A stretch of 64,000 bases of DNA, taken from the IMG/VR virus record IMGVR_UViG_3300042450_001219; one strand, 5' to 3'. The stretch's first letter is position 1; the number at the start of each line of letters is the position of its first letter. A program made the position numbers and the translations under genes. Of the stretch, positions 38,301 through 48,251 are shown one piece after another. Origin of the DNA: an uncultured virus (IMG/VR IMGVR_UViG_3300042450_001219) (lineage: Duplodnaviria > Heunggongvirae > Uroviricota > Caudoviricetes). The notes below the pieces were generated by a model. The model saw only the letters and a program-made list of their open reading frames with translations. It was not told where the DNA came from and ran no database searches.

Positions 38301-39299
38301 CTAGCCCCAGATGGCCGCTGAGCACTTGGTACACATATTAGAGTATGAGTCTTCTATCATGCTTGTTCTCTCTTTGCTAAACCATATATCTTTAATTGTA
38401 GATTTATTAGAATTTCCGTACACTGTCTTAAAATCAAAATCAGCACAGCAGATAAATAAGTCACCATTTGGGTTAATATGTATCCACTCATTAGTTCTGC
38501 TTCTTACGCCTAATCCACCATTGCATCCTATTACCTTCTTGCCTTCTCCCGCCAAATATTTATTAATAGCTGAAGTCTGATCAATTATTCCTGAATCAGC
38601 AAGGTGGCCTGCTCTGTCGTATAAATGGTGGGCTGGGAAAACTTCAATTGAAGGAAATATAGATTTTAATAGCTTAACCTCTTGAGCTAAATCTCCAGAC
38701 TCTACATCTAAATTTAAATCTGGGGCCCCAGGAAGTATGTCTAACCACCCACCATTTTCAACTAATGAATTATTATTTAGACCATTAACCATTAAAAAAA
38801 ATCTATTTTCTAAAACTAATTCATTTAGTTCTTCTGCAGCATATAAAACATTATCTACCATTTTATCAAACATTTTTTCATTTAAATTTACATACTTAGA
38901 CCATCTGGTTTTATCTCCAGATGGTATATTTAAAAGAATTCCACCAATCACATCGATATTTTTTTTAATTATATCAACTTTTTTCTTGGTAAGTGGAGTA
39001 CCATTTGTAAGTATGTTTATTGTAAAGTTATATTTTCTATACAAATCAAACATCTCTTCAAAGTTTTTATACAATAGCACTTCGTTGTAATTAGCTGTAT
39101 AAATGTTTTTTAGATTAGGGTCTACAAAATCACTTTTGCCATTATGAAGTTGAGAGAGTATATTTTCTAACTCCCCCAACTCCATATCTCTAATAGCAGA
39201 TTTTGGGTTTCCTTCATAAGAAACTGGGCAAAACCAACATCCAGCATTACATAGACCGTTTACATCTATTTGTACTGCGCTGATCTTGTATTGTGACAA
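38301..39299 (-). CDS. Radical SAM enzyme with a SPASM/twitch-like C-terminal domain
   Basis: CNAGCWFC; C...INPNGDLFICC.D...CTKC. Confidence 0.85.
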   Translation of the reverse strand: MSQYKISAVQIDVNGLCNAGCWFCPVSYEGNPKSAIRDMELGELENILSQLHNGKSDFVDPNLKNIYTANYNEVLLYKNFEEMFDLYRKYNFTINILTNGTPLTKKKVDIIKKNIDVIGGILLNIPSGDKTRWSKYVNLNEKMFDKMVDNVLYAAEELNELVLENRFFLMVNGLNNNSLVENGGWLDILPGAPDLNLDVESGDLAQEVKLLKSIFPSIEVFPAHHLYDRAGHLADSGIIDQTSAINKYLAGEGKKVIGCNGGLGVRSRTNEWIHINPNGDLFICCADFDFKTVYGNSNKSTIKDIWFSKERTSMIEDSYSNMCTKCSAAIWG

Positions 39300-39300
39300 C

Positions 39301-39771
39301 TTAGTCTTTTAGTGACTTCCATGGGTTAGGAGGAAGCTTTAGGCTTGACTCCAAGAACCAGTTCCATTCTTGATGGGCTGAAAGTCGTTCAGATAGATAT
39401 GATGATAGTCCGTACTCTTTGTTTTCATTTGCAACAGAGATAAGATTTTTAATCTCTTCGATCATCTTCTTATTAATTGGAACTAAGTGAATTGCCATTT
39501 CCACGCCACAGTATGTATCTGGCTTAACATTTCCTAGAGTTTGGTTGGATGCATACTCTTCTAGGGTGTAAGGCGCTTCTCCGCCTAATCGGCGAAGCCA
39601 TGTTGAGGTGTTGTGTACGCCATCTTCAGAGTCTAAATAGATATCCTCATAGACAATTCGTGATTGACGCATCAATACAGATTCTGTATTCCAGAAGAAC
39701 CCTCTTACAAGGTTTGTATAAACAACCGAGTTAGCTTGGAAGGTCTTCAATAGATTGATTAGCTTTTCCAT
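39301..39771 (-). CDS. Dps/ferritin-like protein (degenerate)
   Basis: GFFWN, LRRLGGEAP, AHQEWNWFLES resemble Dps; the ferroxidase His residues are partly lost. Confidence 0.6.
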   Translation of the reverse strand: MEKLINLLKTFQANSVVYTNLVRGFFWNTESVLMRQSRIVYEDIYLDSEDGVHNTSTWLRRLGGEAPYTLEEYASNQTLGNVKPDTYCGVEMAIHLVPINKKMIEEIKNLISVANENKEYGLSSYLSERLSAHQEWNWFLESSLKLPPNPWKSLKD

Positions 39772-39918
39772 TTTTTTCCTTTTACGATTACCTTTTATAA
39801 ATTTTATTATAACAGGTCTTACATACTTGAATCATTTTGGTTTCTGTAGAAGTTATATATTTTGCTTCTTCAAAACAATCTTTAATTTCACATTTATCTA
39901 AATCGGTCATTAATTTAA

Positions 39919-40134
39919 TTACTTAGCCTTAATCTTTTCCCAGATTTTTTCATGAATATAATAAAATGACATCTCTACAAGCAAATATGAAATTGCCCCA
40001 ATGCCAATATACTCCCATTCAGCTTCTCCTGTGAGAAGCTTAGTTACAATATAAAGTAATCCACCTACAAAGAATACATGTACAAATGGCCATGTGATTG
40101 ATTTGTATAGACTTTTCTTCTTTGGGTCGATCAT
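39919..40134 (-). CDS. DUF2061-like membrane protein
   Basis: KSLYKSITW...YYIHEKIW. Confidence 0.65.
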   Translation of the reverse strand: MIDPKKKSLYKSITWPFVHVFFVGGLLYIVTKLLTGEAEWEYIGIGAISYLLVEMSFYYIHEKIWEKIKAK

Positions 40135-40346
40135 GCTACTGAGTTACCCTTTGATCCCGCCGATTTCTTGGCTGGTGCCTTCTTGGCTGGTGCCTTCTTT
40201 GCTGGTGCCTTCTTGGCTGGTGCCTTCTTGGCTGGTGCCTTCTTGGCTGGTGCCTTCTTAGCCGAAGTCTTAATTTCTTCTAGCATGGCTTCAACCTGAG
40301 ATTCAACTGAATTGAATCCTAACCAATTTTTTAAATTCTTTAACAT
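40131..40346 (-). CDS. Small basic histone-H1-like protein with AKKAP repeats
   Basis: (AKKAP)x6, a 15-bp repeat. Confidence 0.65.
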   Translation of the reverse strand: MLKNLKNWLGFNSVESQVEAMLEEIKTSAKKAPAKKAPAKKAPAKKAPAKKAPAKKAPAKKSAGSKGNSVA

Positions 40347-40509
40347 GATTCCTCTTTTTCTTTTAATTTTCTAATTACTAAACTCAAGACCTCTCTTGGT
40401 CTCCAGTCTGGCGGTATTTCTAAACTTTCCATATCTTTAATCAATTCACCTAAAACTTTTTTTTGTATTACGTGAAAGTGATCCCATTCATTATTTAATT
40501 GTACCATTA

Positions 40510-41139
40510 TTAAAGATCATCCGCAATAGGATTATTTCTATCAGCATTTACTAGAAAACCTGTCCTTGGGCCAGGGGCCCAAACACGATGTGTTGTTTTT
40601 TTAGGGAAAAACAATAGGTCTCCCTCTTTTAACTCATAAGTTGTTGTTGAGTTTTTTCCTTTTATTTCCCAAAAAGAAGTACCAATTGATTGAAGGTAGC
40701 AAGCTGGCCAAGGGTCGCTATGCTCTCCTACAGATTTTTCTCCCAATGAAACTTTTATGCCTTCTGTGTGCCACAAAGCTCCGCAGGTACATCCTCTGGC
40801 ATCCCATTCTTTATAATAATTACAATTTGAAAAGTCTGCATTAAAACCTGATTCTTTATTTATCTTAACTAAAAAATCTTTCATTTCAGGAAAATGTTCC
40901 CAAACTAATCCAGTTTGAGGAGCAAGCCACATAGGTTTTTGGGCTAGAATATTACCGTATGTGTCTACGCCTGGGCCCTGTTCCTTATTTTTTGATTCCA
41001 GGTCGGGGTTATTTATTTTTGTTTGATCGTATACAAAATCTAAAACATTTTGCCAAGTAAATTCTGTTTTAAAATAATCTTTAATCAAAACAGCTTCTTC
41101 ATTTATGGCTGCTTTTTTAAATTCTAAAAGTAAATTCAT
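40510..41139 (-). CDS. Cupin/JmjC-like protein
   Basis: HSD...GTSFW...LKEGDLLFFPK..THRV. Confidence 0.7.
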   Translation of the reverse strand: MNLLLEFKKAAINEEAVLIKDYFKTEFTWQNVLDFVYDQTKINNPDLESKNKEQGPGVDTYGNILAQKPMWLAPQTGLVWEHFPEMKDFLVKINKESGFNADFSNCNYYKEWDARGCTCGALWHTEGIKVSLGEKSVGEHSDPWPACYLQSIGTSFWEIKGKNSTTTYELKEGDLLFFPKKTTHRVWAPGPRTGFLVNADRNNPIADDL

Positions 41140-41151
41140 ATTAGTTTCCCT

Positions 41152-41187
41152 AATTAAGGGCAGTGGTTTCCCACTGCCCTTAAAAAA
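41152..41187 (-). terminator. Rho-independent terminator
   Basis: TTAAGGGCAGTGG-TTT/C-CCACTGCCCTTAA hairpin after the stop codon. Confidence 0.7.
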
Positions 41188-42432
41188 TTACTTAACTAGG
41201 GTTACCTTAGCTTTTGGATTCTTTGCATTCCACTTTGTAGCGAGTGCATTGAATGACTTCTTTAAAGAAGCAAGTGCTTTAGCATTGTCTGCTGTCAGCT
41301 TAGCAATAGTTGCATCCTTAGCAAGGACAACTGCATCGTGTGCAGTCTTTGCATCAGCAAGTGCCTTAGCAGAAGCAGCCTTCTCAGCAGCAAGTGCTGC
41401 ATCTGAAGCAGTCTTTGCATCTGCAAGTGCTTTATCTGAGGCAGTCTTGGCAGCCACTGCATCTGCAGCAGCCTTTGCAAGAGCAGCATCTGAAGCAGCC
41501 TTAGCAGCAACTGCATCCGCAGCAGCCTTTACAACTGCAGCATCTGATACAGCCTTAGCGGCGAGTGCTGCATCTTTTGCAGCCTTCTCAGCAGCAAGTT
41601 CTGATACTAGATCACGAACTGCAATCTCTGCGAATGGCGCTAGTACACGAGCAGGTAGACCAACTACATCGGTAGTGGTTGCATCTCCAGCAGTTGTTGG
41701 ACTAAATGTGATTAGTGATCGTGTTCCAGCAGCTGGAAGCGTTGCCTTAAATGTTGCAACTCCAAAGTCTGAAAGAGTTGCACCAGTTGTTGCTGTTGCT
41801 GTATCCATAACTGCTGTAGCAGCAAACACTGTTGCAGTAATTGACTTACCAGACACCTTGTTGCCAAATACATCTGTTGCAGATACTGTAATATCTTGTC
41901 TTGTTCCTGCAGCGCCTGTAGCAGGAGCAGAAACTGTTAGATTATTAATAAGACCAGCAGTACCTTGAACATAGTATGTCAAAGTTACTGGGCCATTTGT
42001 AATTACAATTGTTCCAATTGCTGTTGTCTTTGTGTAGACATAAAATGTTGCTGTTGTTCCTGTACCAGTTGCAACTGTCAAAGATGATGATCCTGATGTT
42101 GCTCCTACTGGTGCAGCAGTTGAGTGTAGTGCAGATACGATTGTTGCATTTGTTGAAGTCGCAGTAACTGATGTTCCTGCTACTACTGTTGCCACGATCT
42201 GAACAACGTCTGTATTGTCAACAGTGTTGTCTGCAGGTACTGGACGTACGATTGCAGTCGTTAGCGCTGTTCCAGCAGTTGCTGGAGTGTCGTACCCTGC
42301 GCCACCTGTTTTTGCAGCATTCCATGTGGATGCTACAACTGACATGGTGTTAGCACTTGCAGGTGTTGCTACCATTGTGCCCAAAGTCATGGCTGCAACC
42401 ATGGCTAGTGCGATTTTCTTAAATGAGTTCAT
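41188..42432 (-). CDS. Secreted Ala/Thr-rich surface protein (Ig-like domains, coiled-coil tail)
   Basis: Signal peptide MNSFKKIALAMVAAMTLG...PASA; DVFGN motif. Confidence 0.7.
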   Translation of the reverse strand: MNSFKKIALAMVAAMTLGTMVATPASANTMSVVASTWNAAKTGGAGYDTPATAGTALTTAIVRPVPADNTVDNTDVVQIVATVVAGTSVTATSTNATIVSALHSTAAPVGATSGSSSLTVATGTGTTATFYVYTKTTAIGTIVITNGPVTLTYYVQGTAGLINNLTVSAPATGAAGTRQDITVSATDVFGNKVSGKSITATVFAATAVMDTATATTGATLSDFGVATFKATLPAAGTRSLITFSPTTAGDATTTDVVGLPARVLAPFAEIAVRDLVSELAAEKAAKDAALAAKAVSDAAVVKAAADAVAAKAASDAALAKAAADAVAAKTASDKALADAKTASDAALAAEKAASAKALADAKTAHDAVVLAKDATIAKLTADNAKALASLKKSFNALATKWNAKNPKAKVTLVK

Positions 42433-42480
42433 TTAATTTATTCTCCTTATTTCCTCTGTGACCTTTGCGATTACAGAAAC

Positions 42481-42675
42481 TTAATGTAGTGCATTTATTT
42501 TTACATGGAAAGAGCAGGGATCTCCTCCTTCTTCCCATTCTTGCATTTCTTCATCTGTTAAAGGTGGCCCATCATGTGTATCGCAAAATACATCAGATAC
42601 CCAGCCTCTGTCGTAACCACTTTTGAGCCATATCTCAAACTCTAAATGATCTGAATCTATATTCTCTAGATCCAT
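42481..42675 (-). CDS. Hypothetical protein
   Basis: CDTHDG...EGGDPC motif. Confidence 0.6.
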   Translation of the reverse strand: MDLENIDSDHLEFEIWLKSGYDRGWVSDVFCDTHDGPPLTDEEMQEWEEGGDPCSFHVKINALH

Positions 42676-42968
42676 TCTGAAAGCTCTTCTAGCATAATAT
42701 GCTTAGGTTTTGCACCAGTAATAGTTTTTACTGGCTTCCCCGACTTAAATAGTACCATATAAGGGATAGAAGTTACAGAGTATTCTGCTGATTTTATAGG
42801 ATTTTCATCAACATTTAACTTGCCTACCCATAATCCACGCTCTTTAGATATCTCATCTAGTATGGGAGACACCTTTAAGCATGGTCCGCACCATGGAGCC
42901 CAAAAATCAATAAGGACTAAATTATGAGAATCTAGAACCCTATTGAAACTTTCATCTGTAACTATCAA
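42666..42968 (-). CDS. trxA: Thioredoxin
   Basis: DFWAPWCGPC. Confidence 0.92.
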   Translation of the reverse strand: MIVTDESFNRVLDSHNLVLIDFWAPWCGPCLKVSPILDEISKERGLWVGKLNVDENPIKSAEYSVTSIPYMVLFKSGKPVKTITGAKPKHIMLEELSEWI

Positions 42969-42969
42969 C

Positions 42970-43179
42970 TTACTCTCCCTTTAGTTCGTCCGCTGCATTA
43001 TTAAACTTATTCATAAATGTTTGGATTACCCACAAGGCTGTCTCACCAGCATTTGTAGACATTGCTTTTGATGCTTCTTCTGTTCTATCTTCAATGGCGA
43101 GGGCGTTGTACCATTTCTGGTACAACTCCTCACCAATCTCCTTGATTATTTCTTCAAGGATAGTTAACTTACTATCCAT
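42970..43179 (-). CDS. Hypothetical protein
   Basis: ORF. Confidence 0.55.
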   Translation of the reverse strand: MDSKLTILEEIIKEIGEELYQKWYNALAIEDRTEEASKAMSTNAGETALWVIQTFMNKFNNAADELKGE

Positions 43180-44137
43180 TGATTACTTTACTCAAGTTAA
43201 ACAAATAAACGTTTTGTCCATAAGAGTTTTCTATTGGATCAGAAGCTTTCTTCATTAATGAAATAAGCTCTGTTGATGTCAGCGTTGGCTTCATGGTCTT
43301 TAATTGTACGTACTTTGCAGCAATTACTTGAACAGAAACAGATGTTCCATAAGAATATCCACTAACATTTCCAGGATAAATTGTTGGTTGCTGGATTTCA
43401 CCCCATAGATCTACAAGGTTGGCATCATAGTTGCTTGTTAAAGAAACTTGAGGCTTATCTAGATTTAGAGTTTCAACTCCACCAACTGCAATTGACTGGC
43501 TAATACATGCTGGCCATTCGATCTTGCCCTTCATGCTTGGATTTCCAGCACTATTTCCAGAAGGAAAGAATACTGGTACGCCAGAGTTATTTAAACTAGA
43601 AATTACTGTATCGACTGCTGTTGGCAGACAATAAGCAGATGAAGCGCTTCTCTTAATAACTGGAGCATTTGTAGCATGTGCTGATGCAACTGCTACAATA
43701 TTGTACTTAGCTTTGTTGTTATTAACCCATGTTAAAGCATTGACAAGAGTATTGAGTCCATAAGTTTGTACCTTGCCCGCTGATGTATTGCCAACAATTC
43801 TAATGAATACGATATTAATGTTTGGATTAGCTGCGATTGCTGCAGAAACCATTTGTGTTCCATGGTTAAAGTTATTTGTTGATAGCATGCTCATTGGAAG
43901 AACTGATGCTCCTGTGCCCTCCATAAATTTAGTTTTGTTGGGACATGATGCCCAATCTAAAATGCATACTTCAGCAACTAGTCTTGACTTAATTGATGGG
44001 ATTGATGTGTCTAGCGCTGTGTCTAAAATAGCCAATGTTGGGACAACTGTTTTTGGCTTTAGATTTGCCTGTGCAGGCATTGAGGTAATTGCGATTGTTG
44101 TGGCGATTAATGCCATAATAGTTATTAGTTTTTTCAT
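43172..44137 (-). CDS. Secreted S8 (subtilisin-like) peptidase
   Basis: Signal peptide; ILDT, HGT, SGN and GTS catalytic motifs. Confidence 0.8.
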   Translation of the reverse strand: MKKLITIMALIATTIAITSMPAQANLKPKTVVPTLAILDTALDTSIPSIKSRLVAEVCILDWASCPNKTKFMEGTGASVLPMSMLSTNNFNHGTQMVSAAIAANPNINIVFIRIVGNTSAGKVQTYGLNTLVNALTWVNNNKAKYNIVAVASAHATNAPVIKRSASSAYCLPTAVDTVISSLNNSGVPVFFPSGNSAGNPSMKGKIEWPACISQSIAVGGVETLNLDKPQVSLTSNYDANLVDLWGEIQQPTIYPGNVSGYSYGTSVSVQVIAAKYVQLKTMKPTLTSTELISLMKKASDPIENSYGQNVYLFNLSKVING

Positions 44138-44353
44138 AAAGCTAATCTTACTAAATAGAGTGGTGTTTGTCAACAGATCAGGAATTCTGATTTGGGTTTT
44201 TGCGTGGATACCACTTGCCAGAATCCATATTTCTTGCTTCCGCCGCTTGGGTCTGTACGTTTATAATGTTGCTCATTATTTCGTGCATTATATCTAATTC
44301 AATTCTAATTTTGTACAGTTCAAGTTCTAGCATGTCAATTCTTCTTTGTGATC

Positions 44354-44566
44354 TCATTCTTCTTCTTCTCTATCCAGTGGCGTTGGTGCTGTTGCCAGTG
44401 TGCCACAATTAGCACACTCCATATCTAAAAAATAAGTTGCAATTTCACAACTATCAAAAATAACTTTAAGGTTCCATATTTCACAACCGCATGGACATAC
44501 ATGTGTTGGTACACCTCTTATGTCCATTGATTTTGAATAGTCTGGTCTTAAGTCGTTTATATCCAT
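44354..44566 (-). CDS. Small Zn-finger protein, leaderless
   Basis: CPCGC...CANCG. Confidence 0.65.
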   Translation of the reverse strand: MDINDLRPDYSKSMDIRGVPTHVCPCGCEIWNLKVIFDSCEIATYFLDMECANCGTLATAPTPLDREEEE

Positions 44567-44580
44567 TAACTAATTATACA

Positions 44581-45138
44581 CTAAACTTGAATGTATGTAT
44601 AGGGGGCAGCTACGCTCATATTAAACTCAGTTGCTGCTTCTAATGCTGCTTTAAGCCTTAGTCTTGGGTTCTTTTGATTCTTTGTAGCATGAAGTGCTCC
44701 TAGTGCTATCTGTCCGCCGCTTCCTTCTGCCATATAGTTTACTATGTTTTCTCCAACATGAAAGTCTTCATCTATAGTAAAGATTCTACCTTCAAGACCT
44801 ACTATAAAAATTCCACCAGTATCTTCCTCAGAGGATGATCCGATGCTTCCATATCCATGCTCTTTAAATGCAGCCTTGACTGAATCAACAAACTTAGTTC
44901 TCATAAACTTATCTAATCCAGAATTAGTTTTTGTTGGTGTGTATTTTGGTGGAGTCCACATATACTGAAGAATTTGCCCCATGCGAAATGAATCTGTAAA
45001 TGCAATAGCATACTGACCAACTTTAAAACACTTTGGTTCTTTTCTTGACAGGATCCAACCAGTTTTATCATCTGAGGCAGCATGATCTGATGCCATATAA
45101 ACGACACCACTCTGAGCAATAGCAACAATACAAGTCAT
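44581..45138 (-). CDS. Ntn-hydrolase, HslV/proteasome beta-like protein
   Basis: N-terminal MTCIVA, GSGGQIALGAL. Confidence 0.75.
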   Translation of the reverse strand: MTCIVAIAQSGVVYMASDHAASDDKTGWILSRKEPKCFKVGQYAIAFTDSFRMGQILQYMWTPPKYTPTKTNSGLDKFMRTKFVDSVKAAFKEHGYGSIGSSSEEDTGGIFIVGLEGRIFTIDEDFHVGENIVNYMAEGSGGQIALGALHATKNQKNPRLRLKAALEAATEFNMSVAAPYTYIQV

Positions 45139-45159
45139 ACCTTTATTGTACTATTTTAA

Positions 45160-46048
45160 TTATTCTGTGTCCAGCATTTCATGATATTCTAAGTGATTTA
45201 ATTGATTAATTACACTATCTAATTCAGACTTCATTTCAATTAAATCCTGTATGGCTTTATAATATTTATCTTTCCACTCAGTTAATTCTTTCTCTAATTG
45301 ATATAACTCAATCTTAAGATCTTTCATATCTAATCTGAGCTGGTCTTTTTCTTTTTCTTCCCGCCTATTTTTTTCCTTTTTGGCGTCCCTAATTCCAGCA
45401 ACAATAGCAGTTCCAAAACCACTTAGGCTTGCCGCTAATATTGAAACCACTATGGTTATGTATGATATTTCCATTATATATCATATTATACCTTATATTT
45501 AGTTTAAATTAATAACTCTGAAGCTGTTATCTCATTTCCAATATACTTTCTTTTTTGGATAAAATCCTTAACTGATTCATGTCCATTTTGCCTTCCAGCA
45601 ATTAAAACTACCCATCTTGGCTCAAGCTTTTCGTCTATGCATGTTTGGCAAAGGAATAGGTTAATCGGTAGAAGAGAAGACTTCTTTAAGTTAAGCTTGT
45701 TCTTTGTTTTATTACATGAATAACAAAATATTTTTTCGTTCAATTTGTTGGTTTCCCTTCAAGTTCTACTCGAACACCATAAGACTCAAGTAGTTTTTTA
45801 ACCTTTGTAACATAATCAATAACTTTTTCTTTTTCTAACCCGTCAAACTGAATGAAGTTATCTTCATACAATCTTAACGCCAGAAAGTCTGGATACTTTA
45901 CTATATCCATTAAAAGAAACATAGGCTTCTTTAGCTCCCATACTTTCTTTTTCATTTCTTCTGTATAGAATACTGGCTTATTAGGTTCACCAGTCCACTG
46001 ATTCATTCCATACTTAAAGTGCTTATTATCATATACATTAGAGACCAT
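45160..46048 (-). CDS. Three hypothetical genes (45160-45474 TM plus coiled coil; 45504-45743 Zn finger; 45740-46048)
   Basis: Contiguous ORFs. Confidence 0.6.
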
Positions 46049-46349
46049 GCTTTACCTTTAGCTGCTTCCATGTATCTTTAGTTTTATGTGCATTCTTGAT
46101 TTTATCAACCAGTCCAGAAGATAAAAATACTCCGCCCCAAACGCCGTACTCATCTTGGTCTACTCCAGACTTGTAGCACATGCTTATAACTGGGCAGGAC
46201 AGGCAACATTGATCAATTGCGTTAGCCATTTGAATATCGGACTCGTATTTATCAAAGAACAGGTTTGTGTCCATGCCATTACATGCTGCTAGATCCCACC
46301 ATCTTATAGAGTCTTGGTCTGAATTTAATTTATTTAAAATGTCTGACAT
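46038..46349 (-). CDS. whiB: WhiB-family Fe-S transcription factor
   Basis: AAC...FF...C.SCPV..C...GVWGG. Confidence 0.88.
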   Translation of the reverse strand: MSDILNKLNSDQDSIRWWDLAACNGMDTNLFFDKYESDIQMANAIDQCCLSCPVISMCYKSGVDQDEYGVWGGVFLSSGLVDKIKNAHKTKDTWKQLKVKHGL

Positions 46350-46551
46350 GTTTTAGCGGAATTGACCATATACCTTTGGAATTAACTGGAAACTCATTTG
46401 CGATTCCCCAGGAATTATTTCTATAAATACCTTTGAGATTAAAATATCCGCTACTATTTTTTTCCCACGCTATTAAATTATAGTTGTTCCAGTAAAAATT
46501 ATTTGATCTTTTAATCAGAATTTCTACGCCTCGCTCTGTTAAGTTTAGCAT
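46330..46551 (-). CDS. Hypothetical protein
   Basis: ORF. Confidence 0.55.
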   Translation of the reverse strand: MLNLTERGVEILIKRSNNFYWNNYNLIAWEKNSSGYFNLKGIYRNNSWGIANEFPVNSKGIWSIPLKHVRHFK

Positions 46552-46752
46552 CCTTAAATTGCCTTATCTATACAATTATACATTACGACCGCAAGAGAAG
46601 TCAAGCTATTTTTTCTCTTTTATACTCGCAATTTTTACTGATTGAACCTCTTCATCAGTACCAAATATTTCATTAACATAGTCTCTGGCATCATCTTCAT
46701 TAAAAGCTTCAATGACTGCTGTTATTTCTATCTTAATAGAGTATTTATTCAT

Positions 46753-47382
46753 TTATTTTGATACAGTGTATCCGTTTTTAGTTAATAAATCAATCGCTGC
46801 TTTTACTTTAGGATCAGTCTTTGCTGGTATCTTTTGTGCAGTATCTTTTGATACCGCCGCCTTTTTTGCTGGAGTTGCTGAAGCACCAAACTTTGGTCTT
46901 CCAAATCCAACAATAGAAATTAAAACTCCAGCTTTATTTTTCTTGTATGCACGAAGCTGTTTGCAAACTTCTCCGCCATTGCGTTGGCTTCCAGACTTCT
47001 TAGAAGACGTATTTCCTTCTATACACCAAACTGTTCCATCTTCATTATCTTTAACAACAATACCTACGTGAGAAATTCTATCGACGCCATCTGAAGGGAA
47101 ATCAAAATACGCTATATCTCCTGGCTCTGGATCTGCAACATCTACATCAATCCAAGCACCAGCTTTTTTAAATGCTGCTGCACCTCCTGGTGTGTAAACA
47201 GTATTAGGAATCTTTACGCCAGATTCTGACCCGCACCAGTTTACGAAACTTCCGCACCATGGTTGGAAGTTTGCTTTCATAAAAGCGCCGTATTTAGTTT
47301 CGTTGTCTTTAGGACCTTCAATAGTTCCTAGCTCTGCTGTAGCAACTTCTATTAGACGAGCTGCTGTACCTTGTTCTGCCAT
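46753..47382 (-). CDS. CHAP-domain cell-wall hydrolase (endolysin candidate)
   Basis: QPWCGSFV, PGDIAYF, SHVGIV, IEGNT. Confidence 0.85.
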   Translation of the reverse strand: MAEQGTAARLIEVATAELGTIEGPKDNETKYGAFMKANFQPWCGSFVNWCGSESGVKIPNTVYTPGGAAAFKKAGAWIDVDVADPEPGDIAYFDFPSDGVDRISHVGIVVKDNEDGTVWCIEGNTSSKKSGSQRNGGEVCKQLRAYKKNKAGVLISIVGFGRPKFGASATPAKKAAVSKDTAQKIPAKTDPKVKAAIDLLTKNGYTVSK

Positions 47383-47792
47383 TAGTCTTTATCCCAATCT
47401 AGATCAACTGGTTGCTCTTCTGGCATTGCTCCATCTGGCTTTGCTGCCAAACGAGCTGCAGTTGCATCAATTTCTGCTTCTAATTTTTTATCTGCCTGTG
47501 TATTTTTTGCATCTACTTCTTTATTTTGTATCTGTGCTGCCATAATATCTTTAGCGCCTGAGTTACCAATTAGAATTCCTGCAAGTGTTCCTGTAATAAA
47601 TGTTGCAATGCTACCTAGAACATTGAAGAACATTTTGTCATTTTCTGACTGAGCTCCAATAGGTTGTGTTACAAACAACAGCCCATAGATAATTCCAAGA
47701 GCTGTCATAAAAAGAATACTTCCAAGAGTTATTCCTAGAATAAACTTTAATCGAGCATCTAAATCTGCGGGCGTTAGTTTTTGTTTAGCCAT
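47382..47792 (-). CDS. Two-TM membrane protein (holin candidate)
   Basis: Hydrophobic segments; adjacent to the lysin. Confidence 0.55.
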   Translation of the reverse strand: MAKQKLTPADLDARLKFILGITLGSILFMTALGIIYGLLFVTQPIGAQSENDKMFFNVLGSIATFITGTLAGILIGNSGAKDIMAAQIQNKEVDAKNTQADKKLEAEIDATAARLAAKPDGAMPEEQPVDLDWDKD

Positions 47793-48006
47793 TTGTTATT
47801 TCCTGTTCTGGTGTGTTAGGTGTAATTTTTATTACATCTTTTGTGCAAGTCTGCGTAGCTTCGCATTCTGGAGGATTACATTCTGCAATTTCCCAATTCT
47901 TAGGATCTTGGCATGGATATCGGTATCTATTTAAAGAGTCTGGTGAACATGCACTTAATGATATCATTAGTAAGCCTGCTAAAGCAATAGAAAATATTTT
48001 CCTCAT
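47785..48006 (-). CDS. Small Cys-rich lipoprotein, leaderless
   Basis: LSAC lipobox; RYPCQDP.NW...C.PP.C. Confidence 0.6.
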   Translation of the reverse strand: MRKIFSIALAGLLMISLSACSPDSLNRYRYPCQDPKNWEIAECNPPECEATQTCTKDVIKITPNTPEQEITNG

Positions 48007-48020
48007 AGTACAATTATACA

Positions 48021-48251
48021 CTATTTATCGTCTTTTCTAAGTGGTATAGTTATTAGCCAAATTACAGTAGTTATTAATACTGCAATTCCAACAATATCTC
48101 TAGCTGAGCCCGTCAAAGTTAGCCATGCGATAAAGAAGCCTAGGAGGGTGAATGCCTGGGCAATTAGCTCCATTCCCGCGTCTTTAAGCCATTTAGCCAA
48201 GCCCTTAATTGCCTTGCCTATAAGATTAAACATCTTTTTGATTATCTTCAT
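48021..48251 (-). CDS. Small membrane protein
   Basis: Two TM segments. Confidence 0.6.
   Translation of the reverse strand: MKIIKKMFNLIGKAIKGLAKWLKDAGMELIAQAFTLLGFFIAWLTLTGSARDIVGIAVLITTVIWLITIPLRKDDK

Noticed and set aside
40464..40479. Partial parS-like TGTATTACGTGAAAGT
   Set aside because: Four mismatches and not palindromic; likely chance.
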